From Nitrospinota bacterium (GTDB taxonomy: Bacteria; Nitrospinota_A; UBA7883; JACRGQ01): a stretch of DNA of 64,000 bases. Shown piece by piece: positions 7,207 to 15,164 of this stretch. Position numbers and translations under genes: made by a program. The notes below the pieces were generated by a model, which worked only from the letters and a program-made list of their open reading frames with translations, was not told where the DNA came from and made no database searches. Within the stretch, counting starts at the first letter, position 1. Every line of letters starts with the position of its first letter. The stretch lies in NCBI GenBank assembly GCA_029881495.1, contig JAOUMJ010000005.1, positions 9,042 through 73,041 on the forward strand, written 5' to 3'.

Positions 7207-7911
7207 ATGGAGCGGATAAAGATATACGATCGTTTCAGGGGTGGAGTGATATACGAAGCAAGCGATAACGCCCGGACTATCAAGGAGGCGGTCGAAGAGG
7301 GGGTGGCAAGGGGGGTAAATCTAGCTGGCGCGGATCTGAAAGCCGCTAACCTAGAGGGAGCAGAGCTAAGTTACGCAAACCTTGCGGAAGCAAACCTGTC
7401 GATAGCGAACCTTAAGGGGGCGAAGCTATGGAAAGCGGACCTTCGGAAAGCTTCTCTAGAACAGGCGAATCTTGCGGATGTCGATCTTCGTTACGCGCAC
7501 CTGTTCGGCGCATATCTTGGCGGGGCGAATCTTGTGAGAGCAAAACTTAATGGAGTTACTCTTGCGAGAGTCTACCTTCGGGGGGCGAATTTCGAGGGGG
7601 CGACGGGATATTCGGATTCGCTCGATGTGCTGATGGAACTCATCCGCCAGTTCCCGGTAACGACATTCAGCGAACCGGAATGGCGCGCGATAGGGATCAT
7701 CGCCGTGCACAGTTTCAGCATTAATCGTATTCCTGATCTACCACTATATTTCGATAATGATCTCTATCCTGTATTTGAAAAGCTGGCAGAAAAAGGGTTC
7801 GGCGAATGGCTGTATCTATACAAAAAGAAACTGCAAGTACAAGTAATTGAAGTTGCCGGGGCGGTTGAGCGGTCCGGCGTGGGCAGTAACGTGACAGCAT
7901 TGGAGGAATGA
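7207..7911 (+). CDS. Pentapeptide-repeat protein
   Basis: About 20 consecutive A(D/N)LxG-type pentads: ANLEGAELSYANLAEANLSIANLKGAKLWKADLRKASLEQANLADVDLRYAHLFGAYLGGANLVRAKLNG. Start set at MERIKIY with SD gggggaggag; the track ORF starts at 7108. Confidence 0.85.
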   Translation: MERIKIYDRFRGGVIYEASDNARTIKEAVEEGVARGVNLAGADLKAANLEGAELSYANLAEANLSIANLKGAKLWKADLRKASLEQANLADVDLRYAHLFGAYLGGANLVRAKLNGVTLARVYLRGANFEGATGYSDSLDVLMELIRQFPVTTFSEPEWRAIGIIAVHSFSINRIPDLPLYFDNDLYPVFEKLAEKGFGEWLYLYKKKLQVQVIEVAGAVERSGVGSNVTALEE

Positions 7912-8195
7912 ATGATGTCTCATCGTAACGGAGTGTCCGGCTAGGCCGGGCAGGTAACGCAATGGACGACGGACGGTCGACGATCCCTAATATATTAACC
8001 CTGCCATTGAGTGGGGTGGTGAAGCGACCGTCTGTCATTGATAACAGAGTATTAATAACGCCCTCCAAAGGGCCGGAGACGTCGGCTGGTAAACTCTCAA
8101 TAATTCGTGGTGTTTTGGTTCAGATTTGTTTTCATTTTCTTACGGCTCTCCGGCCATTGTTTATAACGTGTTTCAGGGAAATCCCCCCTATGCAA

Positions 8196-8240
8196 CTGGC
8201 CGGGAAGGTTGCCCCCATGCACCGACCCGGCCAGCTTTTT
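8196..8240 (+). terminator. Intrinsic-terminator-like hairpin inside the early operon
   Basis: CTGGCCGGG (8196-8204) pairs with CCCGGCCAG (8226-8234). An inner GGT.GC/GCACC extension is possible. Followed by CTTTTT. Confidence 0.45.
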
Positions 8241-8254
8241 ACCATCGGCTTGCC

Positions 8255-8282
8255 TGTCATCCTCGCGGATGCGGGGATCCAG
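8255..8282 (-). repeat. REP-like element, copy 2 (inverted orientation)
   Basis: tgtcatcctcgcggatgcggggatccag is the reverse complement of the consensus. Confidence 0.8.
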
Positions 8283-8305
8283 TCGCAGAGGCAACGGGGT
8301 GACGG

Positions 8306-8692
8306 ATGAGAAATGACCTTGAACATCAGCATCAGGTAGCCCTCATTAATTGGGCGTCGGCGCACGAGAATAAATATCCGGGTTTGCATCTGCTCCACGC
8401 GATACCGAACGGGGGGCACAGGAATAAGGCGACCGCCGGAAAGCTGAAAGCGGAAGGTGTGAAAGCAGGGTTTCCTGATCTTCTGCTCCCGGTACCGCGC
8501 GGGGAATATCACTCGCTCTATATAGAAATGAAAAAACCTGTCACGCGATCGAGCGGAAAGGGGAGCATCAGCAAGGCGCAGAGCACGGTGATTGAAGAAC
8601 TCCGGTCTTTCGGCAACGCGGTTGTCGTCTGTTACGGGTGGATAGAGGCATCCCAGGCGATCATTGATTATTACAAGGGGGCGGGGAGATGA
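8306..8692 (+). CDS. VRR-NUC domain nuclease
   Basis: HQHQVALINWA...LLHAIPNGGHRNKATAGKLKAEGVKAGFPDLLLPVPRGEYHSLYIEMKKP is a PD-(D/E)xK VRR-NUC pattern. Confidence 0.8.
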   Translation: MRNDLEHQHQVALINWASAHENKYPGLHLLHAIPNGGHRNKATAGKLKAEGVKAGFPDLLLPVPRGEYHSLYIEMKKPVTRSSGKGSISKAQSTVIEELRSFGNAVVVCYGWIEASQAIIDYYKGAGR

Positions 8693-9021
8693 GGCACAGC
8701 AGGGATAGTGTCGGCTTTGGGGACCCGCCATCCTCTTGGGAGCCGTATTACATGGACGAGGAGCTGATAGATATCGCGCACTGCGTCACATGCGCGCGAA
8801 AAGGTAAACAGGTGAAGGCGACAAACAGGTCGGGCTTATGCGCCGACTGCCTGTACGGGAAGAAGAAGCCGGAGCGGAAGAGGTGCGGGAAATGCCGGAG
8901 GCCGTTCATGGGGATGAAATCCCAGGACGACTGCCATCTCTGCACTCATGCTCGCCGTCATGCGTCGGCCCGGTCGGCAAAGAAGAGGTTCTTGGCGAAC
9001 CACGCGGGGGCAAAAGGATGA
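8689..9021 (+). CDS. CxxC zinc-ribbon mini-protein
   Basis: CVTCARKG..CADCLYG..CGKCRR..CHLCTH. ATGA overlaps with both neighbouring genes. Confidence 0.5.
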   Translation: MRHSRDSVGFGDPPSSWEPYYMDEELIDIAHCVTCARKGKQVKATNRSGLCADCLYGKKKPERKRCGKCRRPFMGMKSQDDCHLCTHARRHASARSAKKRFLANHAGAKG

Positions 9022-9263
9022 TAGCAGATATGTGGATGCTGGAAACAGGTATGCCGGGCAGATTGGATATTGCGGAGGTTGCTACCTCTTCGCGCGTGGT
9101 CACTCTTGGGAGGGCGATACCTAAGCTCGGCGAAAAGACGAAGCGGAAGATCATAGGAATAATGAAAGAGGCACTGGATCCCCGCGTACGCGAGGATGAC
9201 AGGGGGGCGGGGAGGCCCAGCCCTTCCCGGTCGAATATTTTTGAAGAAAGGAAAGAGATATGA
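9018..9263 (+). CDS. Hypothetical protein (82 aa) whose tail runs through REP copy 3
   Basis: The ATG at 9018 overlaps the upstream stop. The C-terminal part ALDPRVREDDRGAG is the REP translation. Confidence 0.45.
   Translation: MIADMWMLETGMPGRLDIAEVATSSRVVTLGRAIPKLGEKTKRKIIGIMKEALDPRVREDDRGAGRPSPSRSNIFEERKEI
9174..9201 (+). repeat. REP-like element, copy 3
   Basis: ctggatccccgcgtacgcgaggatgaca. Confidence 0.8.
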
Positions 9264-9571
9264 ATGGTGAACAGCAGTATCCCGGTATGGCAGGCGAAAT
9301 GGAAGAGAAGGGGTCCAGTATAATCGAGTCTGAACTGGTCCAACTGCGTGAAGTTGTTGATACCGGATTAAAAATGGTGGAGGAGTTGGAAAAAAAATTA
9401 TTCTCGGTACTGTCCCCACGCAAAGGTATACCACTTCCGCCACCTCAAACAGAAAACAAAGATGTTGAAAGAAAATACTCTTTATTCACCGACCAAATAA
9501 GATCCTCAAGGAGAGGTGTTCACACAATACTAGAGAGGCTTAAAGGTCTCGCTTCACGGTTAGAGGTTTAA
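9260..9571 (+). CDS. Hypothetical protein (103 aa)
   Basis: ATGA overlap with the upstream ORF. Helical, charged composition. Confidence 0.5.
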   Translation: MNGEQQYPGMAGEMEEKGSSIIESELVQLREVVDTGLKMVEELEKKLFSVLSPRKGIPLPPPQTENKDVERKYSLFTDQIRSSRRGVHTILERLKGLASRLEV

Positions 9572-9682
9572 CGATGAATTTCAACTGCGGGGATGACGTG
9601 GCGAACAGGCGGATGCGGGGCGGCTGACAGTTTCATAGGGAGGTAGAGGCATGGACGAAATAGATTTGATGGTTTTGGTTTC

Positions 9683-9877
9683 ATGGTTGTTTCTCATATT
9701 GGAGCTGGTGGTGCTGGCATGGTGACGGCGGAGCAGAAAAGGAAACTGGAAGTGCTGAAGAAAAAATGGAAAGCGGTCTGGAACTTGCCGGAGATAGTGC
9801 AGGGGTATGCGCTCTTCGGGATAGAGAAGGCCAGGCGGAGGGTAGTTGGCGAAATTGAGCGACGGGAACGGGCATAA
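9683..9877 (+). CDS. Hypothetical small protein
   Basis: ORF-track entry with the same strand and spacing as its neighbours. The start is uncertain (internal M at MVTAEQKRK). Confidence 0.3.
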   Translation: MVVSHIGAGGAGMVTAEQKRKLEVLKKKWKAVWNLPEIVQGYALFGIEKARRRVVGEIERRERA

Positions 9878-10127
9878 GTGCGCGAGTTGCAACGATACCG
9901 GGTGGATAGATGTTTATTTGCGATGCACGTTTTGCGGGTCGTGGGCGGAAAAATGCGAGAGGTTTCAGATGAAAGATAAAACAGACGGAGCGGGGGAGCG
10001 GGTGAAGATCAGGGCGATTATAAACGGCGTATATGTAGCGGTTGATGGGCGGGAGTTTTCGCAACGGCTCGGCCAACTGGATAAAGATGATTGTTTGTTC
10101 GTCCCCGCAAAGAAGGAGGAGGAGTGA
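9846..10127 (+). CDS. CxxC zinc-ribbon mini-protein
   Basis: CASCNDTG...CTFCG. The stop overlaps the next start (TGATG). Confidence 0.45.
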   Translation: MAKLSDGNGHKCASCNDTGWIDVYLRCTFCGSWAEKCERFQMKDKTDGAGERVKIRAIINGVYVAVDGREFSQRLGQLDKDDCLFVPAKKEEE

Positions 10128-10351
10128 TGGGAGAAAAAGTAGATCATCCCTCTCATTACGGGGGCAAAGACAATCCATATGAGGCGATAAAAGTGATCGA
10201 GGCATGGAGCCTCGGTTTCAACTTGGGAAATGCGATCAAGTATATTTCACGCGCAGGGAGGAAAGAGGGTTCGCCACCTCGTGAAGATTTAAAAAAAGCG
10301 GCGGGGTACCTGGATCGCGAGATTAAAAAGCATGAAAGGACGGGGAAATGA
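10127..10351 (+). CDS. DUF3310-family phage protein
   Basis: VDHPSHYGGKDNPYEAIKVIEAWSLGFNLGNAIKYISRAGRKEG is the typical DUF3310 signature. Start set at MGEKV; the track ORF starts at the TTG at 10091. Confidence 0.7.
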   Translation: MGEKVDHPSHYGGKDNPYEAIKVIEAWSLGFNLGNAIKYISRAGRKEGSPPREDLKKAAGYLDREIKKHERTGK

Positions 10352-11052
10352 AATTCACAAAGCCATATTTTCTTATCGAAGATGAAATAGACGGGTCAAA
10401 GATATTAAATAAATTGGAGCGTGCAGGGCGCACCTGCTACAAGAGCGAAGACCGTATAACCGAAGAATCATCGCCCAAGTTTGTTAAATCGATCCTCGAC
10501 AGGGGGCATGAGTCGGTTATTGAACATGAATCCGTAAGTGTCCGAATAATATGTGACCGAGGTGTAACCCATGAAATTGTCCGGCACAGGCTTGCCTCGT
10601 ACTCACAGGAATCTACTAGATACTGCAATTATGGCAAGGCCGATGGTGTTACGTTTGTGATCCCGCCTTTTTTGAGGCAGTTGGAAATAATAGAGCCGGG
10701 GGTGAATTACAAACTTGATGACATCATCCAGGTCTTTAAAGAAAGCGCCGTTGACCAAAAAGATGATGTGTCGATTGAATGGTTTGTGGCAATGGCACAA
10801 GCTGAAAAGACATATAACAATATGCTGGCACTGGGTATGAGTCCCCAGTATGCGCGTTCAGTTTTGCCAAACAGCTTGAAAACCGAAATCGTCATGTCAT
10901 GTAACTTGCGCGAGTGGCGCCATTTTTTCAACCTTCGCACAGCAAAAGCGGCGCATCCTCAAATGCGGGAAATCGCCGTTCCACTGTTAAAGGAATTCCA
11001 GAATTTAATACCGATTATTTTTGACGATATTGAACCTTTTGAAGGTGAATGA
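10348..11052 (+). CDS. thyX: FAD-dependent thymidylate synthase
   Basis: RGHESVIEHESVSV and the ThyX motif RHRLASYSQESTRY. Confidence 0.9.
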   Translation: MKFTKPYFLIEDEIDGSKILNKLERAGRTCYKSEDRITEESSPKFVKSILDRGHESVIEHESVSVRIICDRGVTHEIVRHRLASYSQESTRYCNYGKADGVTFVIPPFLRQLEIIEPGVNYKLDDIIQVFKESAVDQKDDVSIEWFVAMAQAEKTYNNMLALGMSPQYARSVLPNSLKTEIVMSCNLREWRHFFNLRTAKAAHPQMREIAVPLLKEFQNLIPIIFDDIEPFEGE

Positions 11053-11060
11053 GGTTTGAA

Positions 11061-11192
11061 ATGACGATTGAAATGAATCGTGTGACGGTTGCGGAGCTGG
11101 AACGGATGCTCACGCACGGTTACTGGTACCCGGATGTCGGGATGTTCAGTTTGTCGAGCAGGTATCTGATTATCTTCAGCGGGGTGAATTGA
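11061..11192 (+). CDS. Possible 43-aa ORF
   Basis: MTIEMNRVTVAELERMLTHGYWYPDVGMFSLSSRYLIIFSGVN fills the gap between thyX and the next gene. Below the track's length cut-off. Confidence 0.25.
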   Translation: MTIEMNRVTVAELERMLTHGYWYPDVGMFSLSSRYLIIFSGVN

Positions 11193-11202
11193 TGGGGGAC
11201 GT

Positions 11203-11724
11203 GTGAAGCTCGGAACCAAGACGCTATTATTCGGTGTCCACCAGGTGGTCATTCATCCGCTGTTGGTGACTATCGCCTGGTGCAAGCTGTATAAATCGTT
11301 TCCTTCGTTCAAGGAGCTTGTCTGCATCATCATTCACGACTGGGGATACTGGGGTAAAGCGTCTCTCAAGTGCGAGGACGGCGATCGACATCCTGAACTG
11401 GGAGCAAAAATCGCCGGGAAGCTGTTCGGGCCGGAGTGGTCGGATTTCATTCTGGGTCATTCATCTTTTTATATTGTTCGACACCATATCAAAAGGTCGA
11501 AGTTGCTGGCACCTGATAAATACTGGCACTGTTTCACGCCGTTTTGGTTTTATCGGTGGCTGTCTGTACCTACCGGGGAGATGAAACATTATCGAGAGCT
11601 TGGACATGCCCGTCAGGTAGCGAGATTCGAAGCGAGTGATGAAGAATGGTACGAGGAATTGAAGAGAGCGTCACAGCAGAAGGTAGACAACTGCTATCAG
11701 ATAGATAAAGAAAGGCTGGCGTAA
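11203..11724 (+). CDS. Hypothetical phage protein (His/Asp-rich, possible metal-dependent hydrolase)
   Basis: IIHDWGYWGK...GDRHPELGAKIAG...LGHSSFY. No secure family call. Confidence 0.5.
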   Translation: MKLGTKTLLFGVHQVVIHPLLVTIAWCKLYKSFPSFKELVCIIIHDWGYWGKASLKCEDGDRHPELGAKIAGKLFGPEWSDFILGHSSFYIVRHHIKRSKLLAPDKYWHCFTPFWFYRWLSVPTGEMKHYRELGHARQVARFEASDEEWYEELKRASQQKVDNCYQIDKERLA

Positions 11725-12818
11725 TGGGAAACACAAAAATTGAATGGACGGATGCTACATGGAACCCGGTGACGGGGTGTACGAAGATCTCGGAGGGTTG
11801 CAAGAACTGTTATGCGGAGCGGATGGCGACGACCCGGTTATCGAAAATGCCGTCGAGCGGATACAGCCCGGAGGATCCGTTTGCCGTGACGTTGCATTCT
11901 GAAAGGTTGAATGAGCCGTTGAAGTGGATGAAACCAAAGATGGTTTTCGTCTGCTCAATGGGGGATATCTTTCATGAAGATGTGCCGTTTGAGTTTATAG
12001 CCAGAATCTTTTCAGTAATGGCCTTGAATGAACGGCATATATTTCAGATTTTGACAAAACGACCAGAGCGTATGGCCGAGTTTTTGAAATGGGTAGAAGC
12101 TTGTTACGCCAGAATGTTTGAAAATGATGAAGGCTTGCGAGTTTTGCCGAACGTCTGGCTTGGTGTGACCGCTGAGAATCAGGAGCAGGCGGATAAAAGG
12201 ATCCCGATTCTATTGGATATCCCAGCGGCAAAAAGGTTCGTGAGTATAGAGCCGATGCTGGGGGAGATAGACATAAAGCCGTATATCGGGTTGCGTTCAT
12301 TGAAATGTAAGTGTGGATACCACTCTGACGAAATGGATCTTGTTCCGCGCGGTCTCTCTAGGGGTAAGGAAAATTTAATCTGCCTTGAGTGTGGATATAG
12401 AGCAGAAGAAGGTCCGGTTCTCGACTGGGTGATATGCGGCGGGGAGACGGGGCAAAATGCCAGGCCGATGAATCCTGAATGGGCTCGTTCCGTTCGTGAC
12501 CAGTGCAAGGAAGCCGGGGTTCCTTTTTTCTTTAAGCAGTGGGGGGAGTGGGGGCTAAATGAATGGACAAACGGGATGTTTCCCGCTCTTGAAGAGTATC
12601 GCGGAACGATGCGAGCATTCACCATTGTTGACCATTCGAACCGGACGGAAATAGGAAAAACAACGTATAACGTATTTCCCCTTGTTGGCAATAGCTATGA
12701 AACATTAACCCGGGTCGGCAAGAAGAAGGCCGGTTGTCTGCTTGATGGAGTTGAGCATAAGGAGTTTCCACTGGATCCCCGCCTTCGCGAGGATGACAAA
12801 GAGGGGGCGGGGAGATGA
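11724..12818 (+). CDS. Phage Gp37/Gp68 family protein (DUF5131)
   Basis: The N-terminus MGNTKIEWTDATWNPVTGCTKISEGCKNCYAERMA is characteristic. The C-terminal PLDPRLREDDKEGAGR is the translation of REP copy 4. Confidence 0.85.
   Translation: MGNTKIEWTDATWNPVTGCTKISEGCKNCYAERMATTRLSKMPSSGYSPEDPFAVTLHSERLNEPLKWMKPKMVFVCSMGDIFHEDVPFEFIARIFSVMALNERHIFQILTKRPERMAEFLKWVEACYARMFENDEGLRVLPNVWLGVTAENQEQADKRIPILLDIPAAKRFVSIEPMLGEIDIKPYIGLRSLKCKCGYHSDEMDLVPRGLSRGKENLICLECGYRAEEGPVLDWVICGGETGQNARPMNPEWARSVRDQCKEAGVPFFFKQWGEWGLNEWTNGMFPALEEYRGTMRAFTIVDHSNRTEIGKTTYNVFPLVGNSYETLTRVGKKKAGCLLDGVEHKEFPLDPRLREDDKEGAGR
12771..12798 (+). repeat. REP-like element, copy 4
   Basis: ctggatccccgccttcgcgaggatgaca. Confidence 0.8.
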
Positions 12819-13027
12819 CATCTCTTGAGCGGTTTTTGCTTTACGGAATGGTGTATTTGTGGGTGCTTCGAGGCATGTTCGGTTTTGTTGAAAGTGACAT
12901 GTTCATAGGCTTTGTGAAGGGCTACAGCGGTAAGACGCCGGTAGAACATGCCCAGCAATTCGGCGAGAAACACCGTCCTTGGTTTAAGCGTGTGTTTTTG
13001 TCAAACGACAAAGGGGAGGGGAGATAG
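12815..13027 (+). CDS. Hypothetical protein (70 aa)
   Basis: ATGA overlap with the upstream gene. Hydrophobic N-terminal half. Confidence 0.45.
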   Translation: MTSLERFLLYGMVYLWVLRGMFGFVESDMFIGFVKGYSGKTPVEHAQQFGEKHRPWFKRVFLSNDKGEGR

Positions 13028-13156
13028 GTGCACAGCTGTCCTGAATGCGGTCAGGCGTGTCGCTGCGCCGGTTTTAAGTCCGACCTCGGACCGGAATACG
13101 ATGAGGAGTGCACCCACTGTCTTGATAGCGATGATGACGGGGAGATGGAAGGATGA
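13028..13156 (+). CDS. Possible 42-aa CxxC zinc-ribbon ORF (GTG start)
   Basis: VHSCPECGQACRC...ECTHCLDSDDDGEMEG. It abuts the upstream stop and overlaps the next ATG (ATGA). Confidence 0.35.
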   Translation: MHSCPECGQACRCAGFKSDLGPEYDEECTHCLDSDDDGEMEG

Positions 13157-13326
13157 GTGAGCAGGAGAAATTCTACGCGTTCCTGAATGAGATGTTGGAG
13201 GCGTTCAGGGTTGTCGGTGGTGTGTTCGCCGGTTTGTTTTTGGTTTTCGTGGCGCTGATCGTGTACTGGGGGAACGAAAGAAAAATTAAAGTGCTCATTT
13301 CAAAAATAAGGATGAGGATTAAGTGA
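13153..13326 (+). CDS. Possible 57-aa single-pass membrane protein
   Basis: MSEQEKFYAFLNEMLEAFRVVGGVFAGLFLVFVALIVYWGNERK. The stop overlaps the methyltransferase GTG. Confidence 0.35.
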   Translation: MSEQEKFYAFLNEMLEAFRVVGGVFAGLFLVFVALIVYWGNERKIKVLISKIRMRIK

Positions 13327-14567
13327 ATGGTAATAGTGCCGAGATCACTTGTATCGAGCTTTGCGCTGGATACTCTGGAATTTCCCTCGGACTTGAACGA
13401 GTTATCCCGGGTCTGCGCGTCGTCGCTTACAGCGAGATCGAAGGTTTCGCCTGCGTCAATCTGGGAGAAAAGATGGAACGCGGGTGGCTGGATCCGGCTC
13501 CTGTCTTCACGGATCTTAAAGAGTTCCCGGGCGAAGAGTTTCGTGACAAGGTACACCTCATCACTGGCGGATATCCGTGCCAGCCGTTCTCCGCTGCCGG
13601 AAAGCGGAAAGGGGAGGACGATCCGCGACATTTATGGCCTCACATTGCACGACTCATCAAGACAGTTCGGCCTGTTTGGGTGTTCCTTGAAAACGTCGAG
13701 GGACACGTTACGCTTGGACTCTCCACAGTTGTCAGCGACCTGGGAGAGTTGGGTTATCGAACAACGTGGGGACTATTCAGCGCGTCTGAAGTCGGCGCAC
13801 CTCACGGACGGAAACGGGTCTTCATTCTTGGGGAACTGGCCGACGATATGCGCCGCTCAGAATCGGAACAGTCGAGGGGCAATAATTCTCAAGGGGACAG
13901 CGCACCAAGATCACGGTTCGGCGCTGGGATTGGAGCAGGTGGTAGAGCTTGCCGAAGGGATATTGCCAAAGGAAATGACATCCCCGGAGGAGATACCAGC
14001 AGGGCGGAAGAATCTGTGGACGACGGCGGTGAAGCGAGAGATGTGGGCGACACCAAACACACTGGATCATTTACCGGAGAGAAGCCCGGAGGCGTTGCGG
14101 CGGCAATTCAATACAACAAGGATTGGGCGGACATCTCCGGCAAATCTTCGGGAACAGATGAACCCTGCAAATTATCCGAGGCAGATGTACCCGACACCTA
14201 CGGAGCAGGATGCGAAGAACAATGCCGGCCCTTCTCAATTCGAAAGGAACTCGCTCCCGCTGAATGCGTTTGTGACCGTTGGCCAGCAGGACCGGGAGAA
14301 GAGCAGTACGGATGGGAGCCGCCGCGAACCACCAAACCATTCGTCCGTATCGCAAACCGACATGGAGGCTTTATCGACGAAGCAAGAGAAGCGGAACAAC
14401 AGGAAGCTGAATCCTCGATGGGTGGAGACGCTGATGGGTTTGCCGATTGGATGGTGCAGGCCGACAGCCGACAGGATGAACTGCGGATGCTCGGAAACGG
14501 GGTCGTACCGGCAACGGCAGCGAGAGCGTGGACAGTTTTGTACGGTCGGATGAGGGAGGGGAGATAG
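13323..14567 (+). CDS. DNA (cytosine-5)-methyltransferase (frame 0; see finding on the second frame)
   Basis: Motif I IELCAGYSGISLG, IV GGYPCQPFSAAG, VI ENVEG, VIII APHGRKRVFI, RWPAGPGEEQYGWEPPR, X LRMLGNGVVPATAA. Confidence 0.85.
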   Translation: MNGNSAEITCIELCAGYSGISLGLERVIPGLRVVAYSEIEGFACVNLGEKMERGWLDPAPVFTDLKEFPGEEFRDKVHLITGGYPCQPFSAAGKRKGEDDPRHLWPHIARLIKTVRPVWVFLENVEGHVTLGLSTVVSDLGELGYRTTWGLFSASEVGAPHGRKRVFILGELADDMRRSESEQSRGNNSQGDSAPRSRFGAGIGAGGRACRRDIAKGNDIPGGDTSRAEESVDDGGEARDVGDTKHTGSFTGEKPGGVAAAIQYNKDWADISGKSSGTDEPCKLSEADVPDTYGAGCEEQCRPFSIRKELAPAECVCDRWPAGPGEEQYGWEPPRTTKPFVRIANRHGGFIDEAREAEQQEAESSMGGDADGFADWMVQADSRQDELRMLGNGVVPATAARAWTVLYGRMREGR

Positions 14568-14750
14568 ATGGGATTGCCGGGGACATGCCCGCTGTGTGAA
14601 AAAGTATTCATGATGGAGCATCCGAAGGAGGTTTGCGACAAGTGCAAAGGGTTCAAGCCGCATCCGCCTGTTATTGCCGAACGGGGGGAGCATGTTTCAT
14701 CCGTCGTGAAGAGGCGGAATAAATCGCCGGAGAAGCTATACGGGACTTAA
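14568..14750 (+). CDS. CxxC zinc-ribbon mini-protein
   Basis: CPLCEK...CDKCKG. The ATG directly follows the upstream stop. Confidence 0.45.
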   Translation: MGLPGTCPLCEKVFMMEHPKEVCDKCKGFKPHPPVIAERGEHVSSVVKRRNKSPEKLYGT

Positions 14751-14798
14751 TGTTGGAGGCGTTCAGGGCGATGAATGTTTTTAAAAAAAGGAGGATCT

Positions 14799-15164
14799 AT
14801 GGCAAATGAACAGGAAATAACGTTGGAGAATGTTGGCGGGGGGGTAGCGGCGGAGCTGTTCGCTATCGAACTGGAAAAGGTAGTGGCCAACATCGCTGAC
14901 CCGAACATCGAGGCGGAAGGGGTGAGGGAGATTACCCTGAAAGTCCGCTTCAAGCCGGACAAACAGCGGAAGACATCGCCGGTGGATATATCCGTATCGT
15001 CGAAACTCGCAGGGAGACGGGCGCATTCAGCGATGGCGTATTTCGGGAAGGACCAGACAGGGCGGCCTGTGGTTATAGGCTACAACCCAAATCAGACGAC
15101 GTTCAACTTCATGCCGGAAGGCGTATCAGCAATAAACGAAAAGAAGGAGGCGAAACATGCTTGA
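14799..15164 (+). CDS. Hypothetical phage protein (121 aa)
   Basis: Start moved to MANEQ behind SD aaaggagga. Overlaps the next gene by 8 nt. Confidence 0.55.
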   Translation: MANEQEITLENVGGGVAAELFAIELEKVVANIADPNIEAEGVREITLKVRFKPDKQRKTSPVDISVSSKLAGRRAHSAMAYFGKDQTGRPVVIGYNPNQTTFNFMPEGVSAINEKKEAKHA

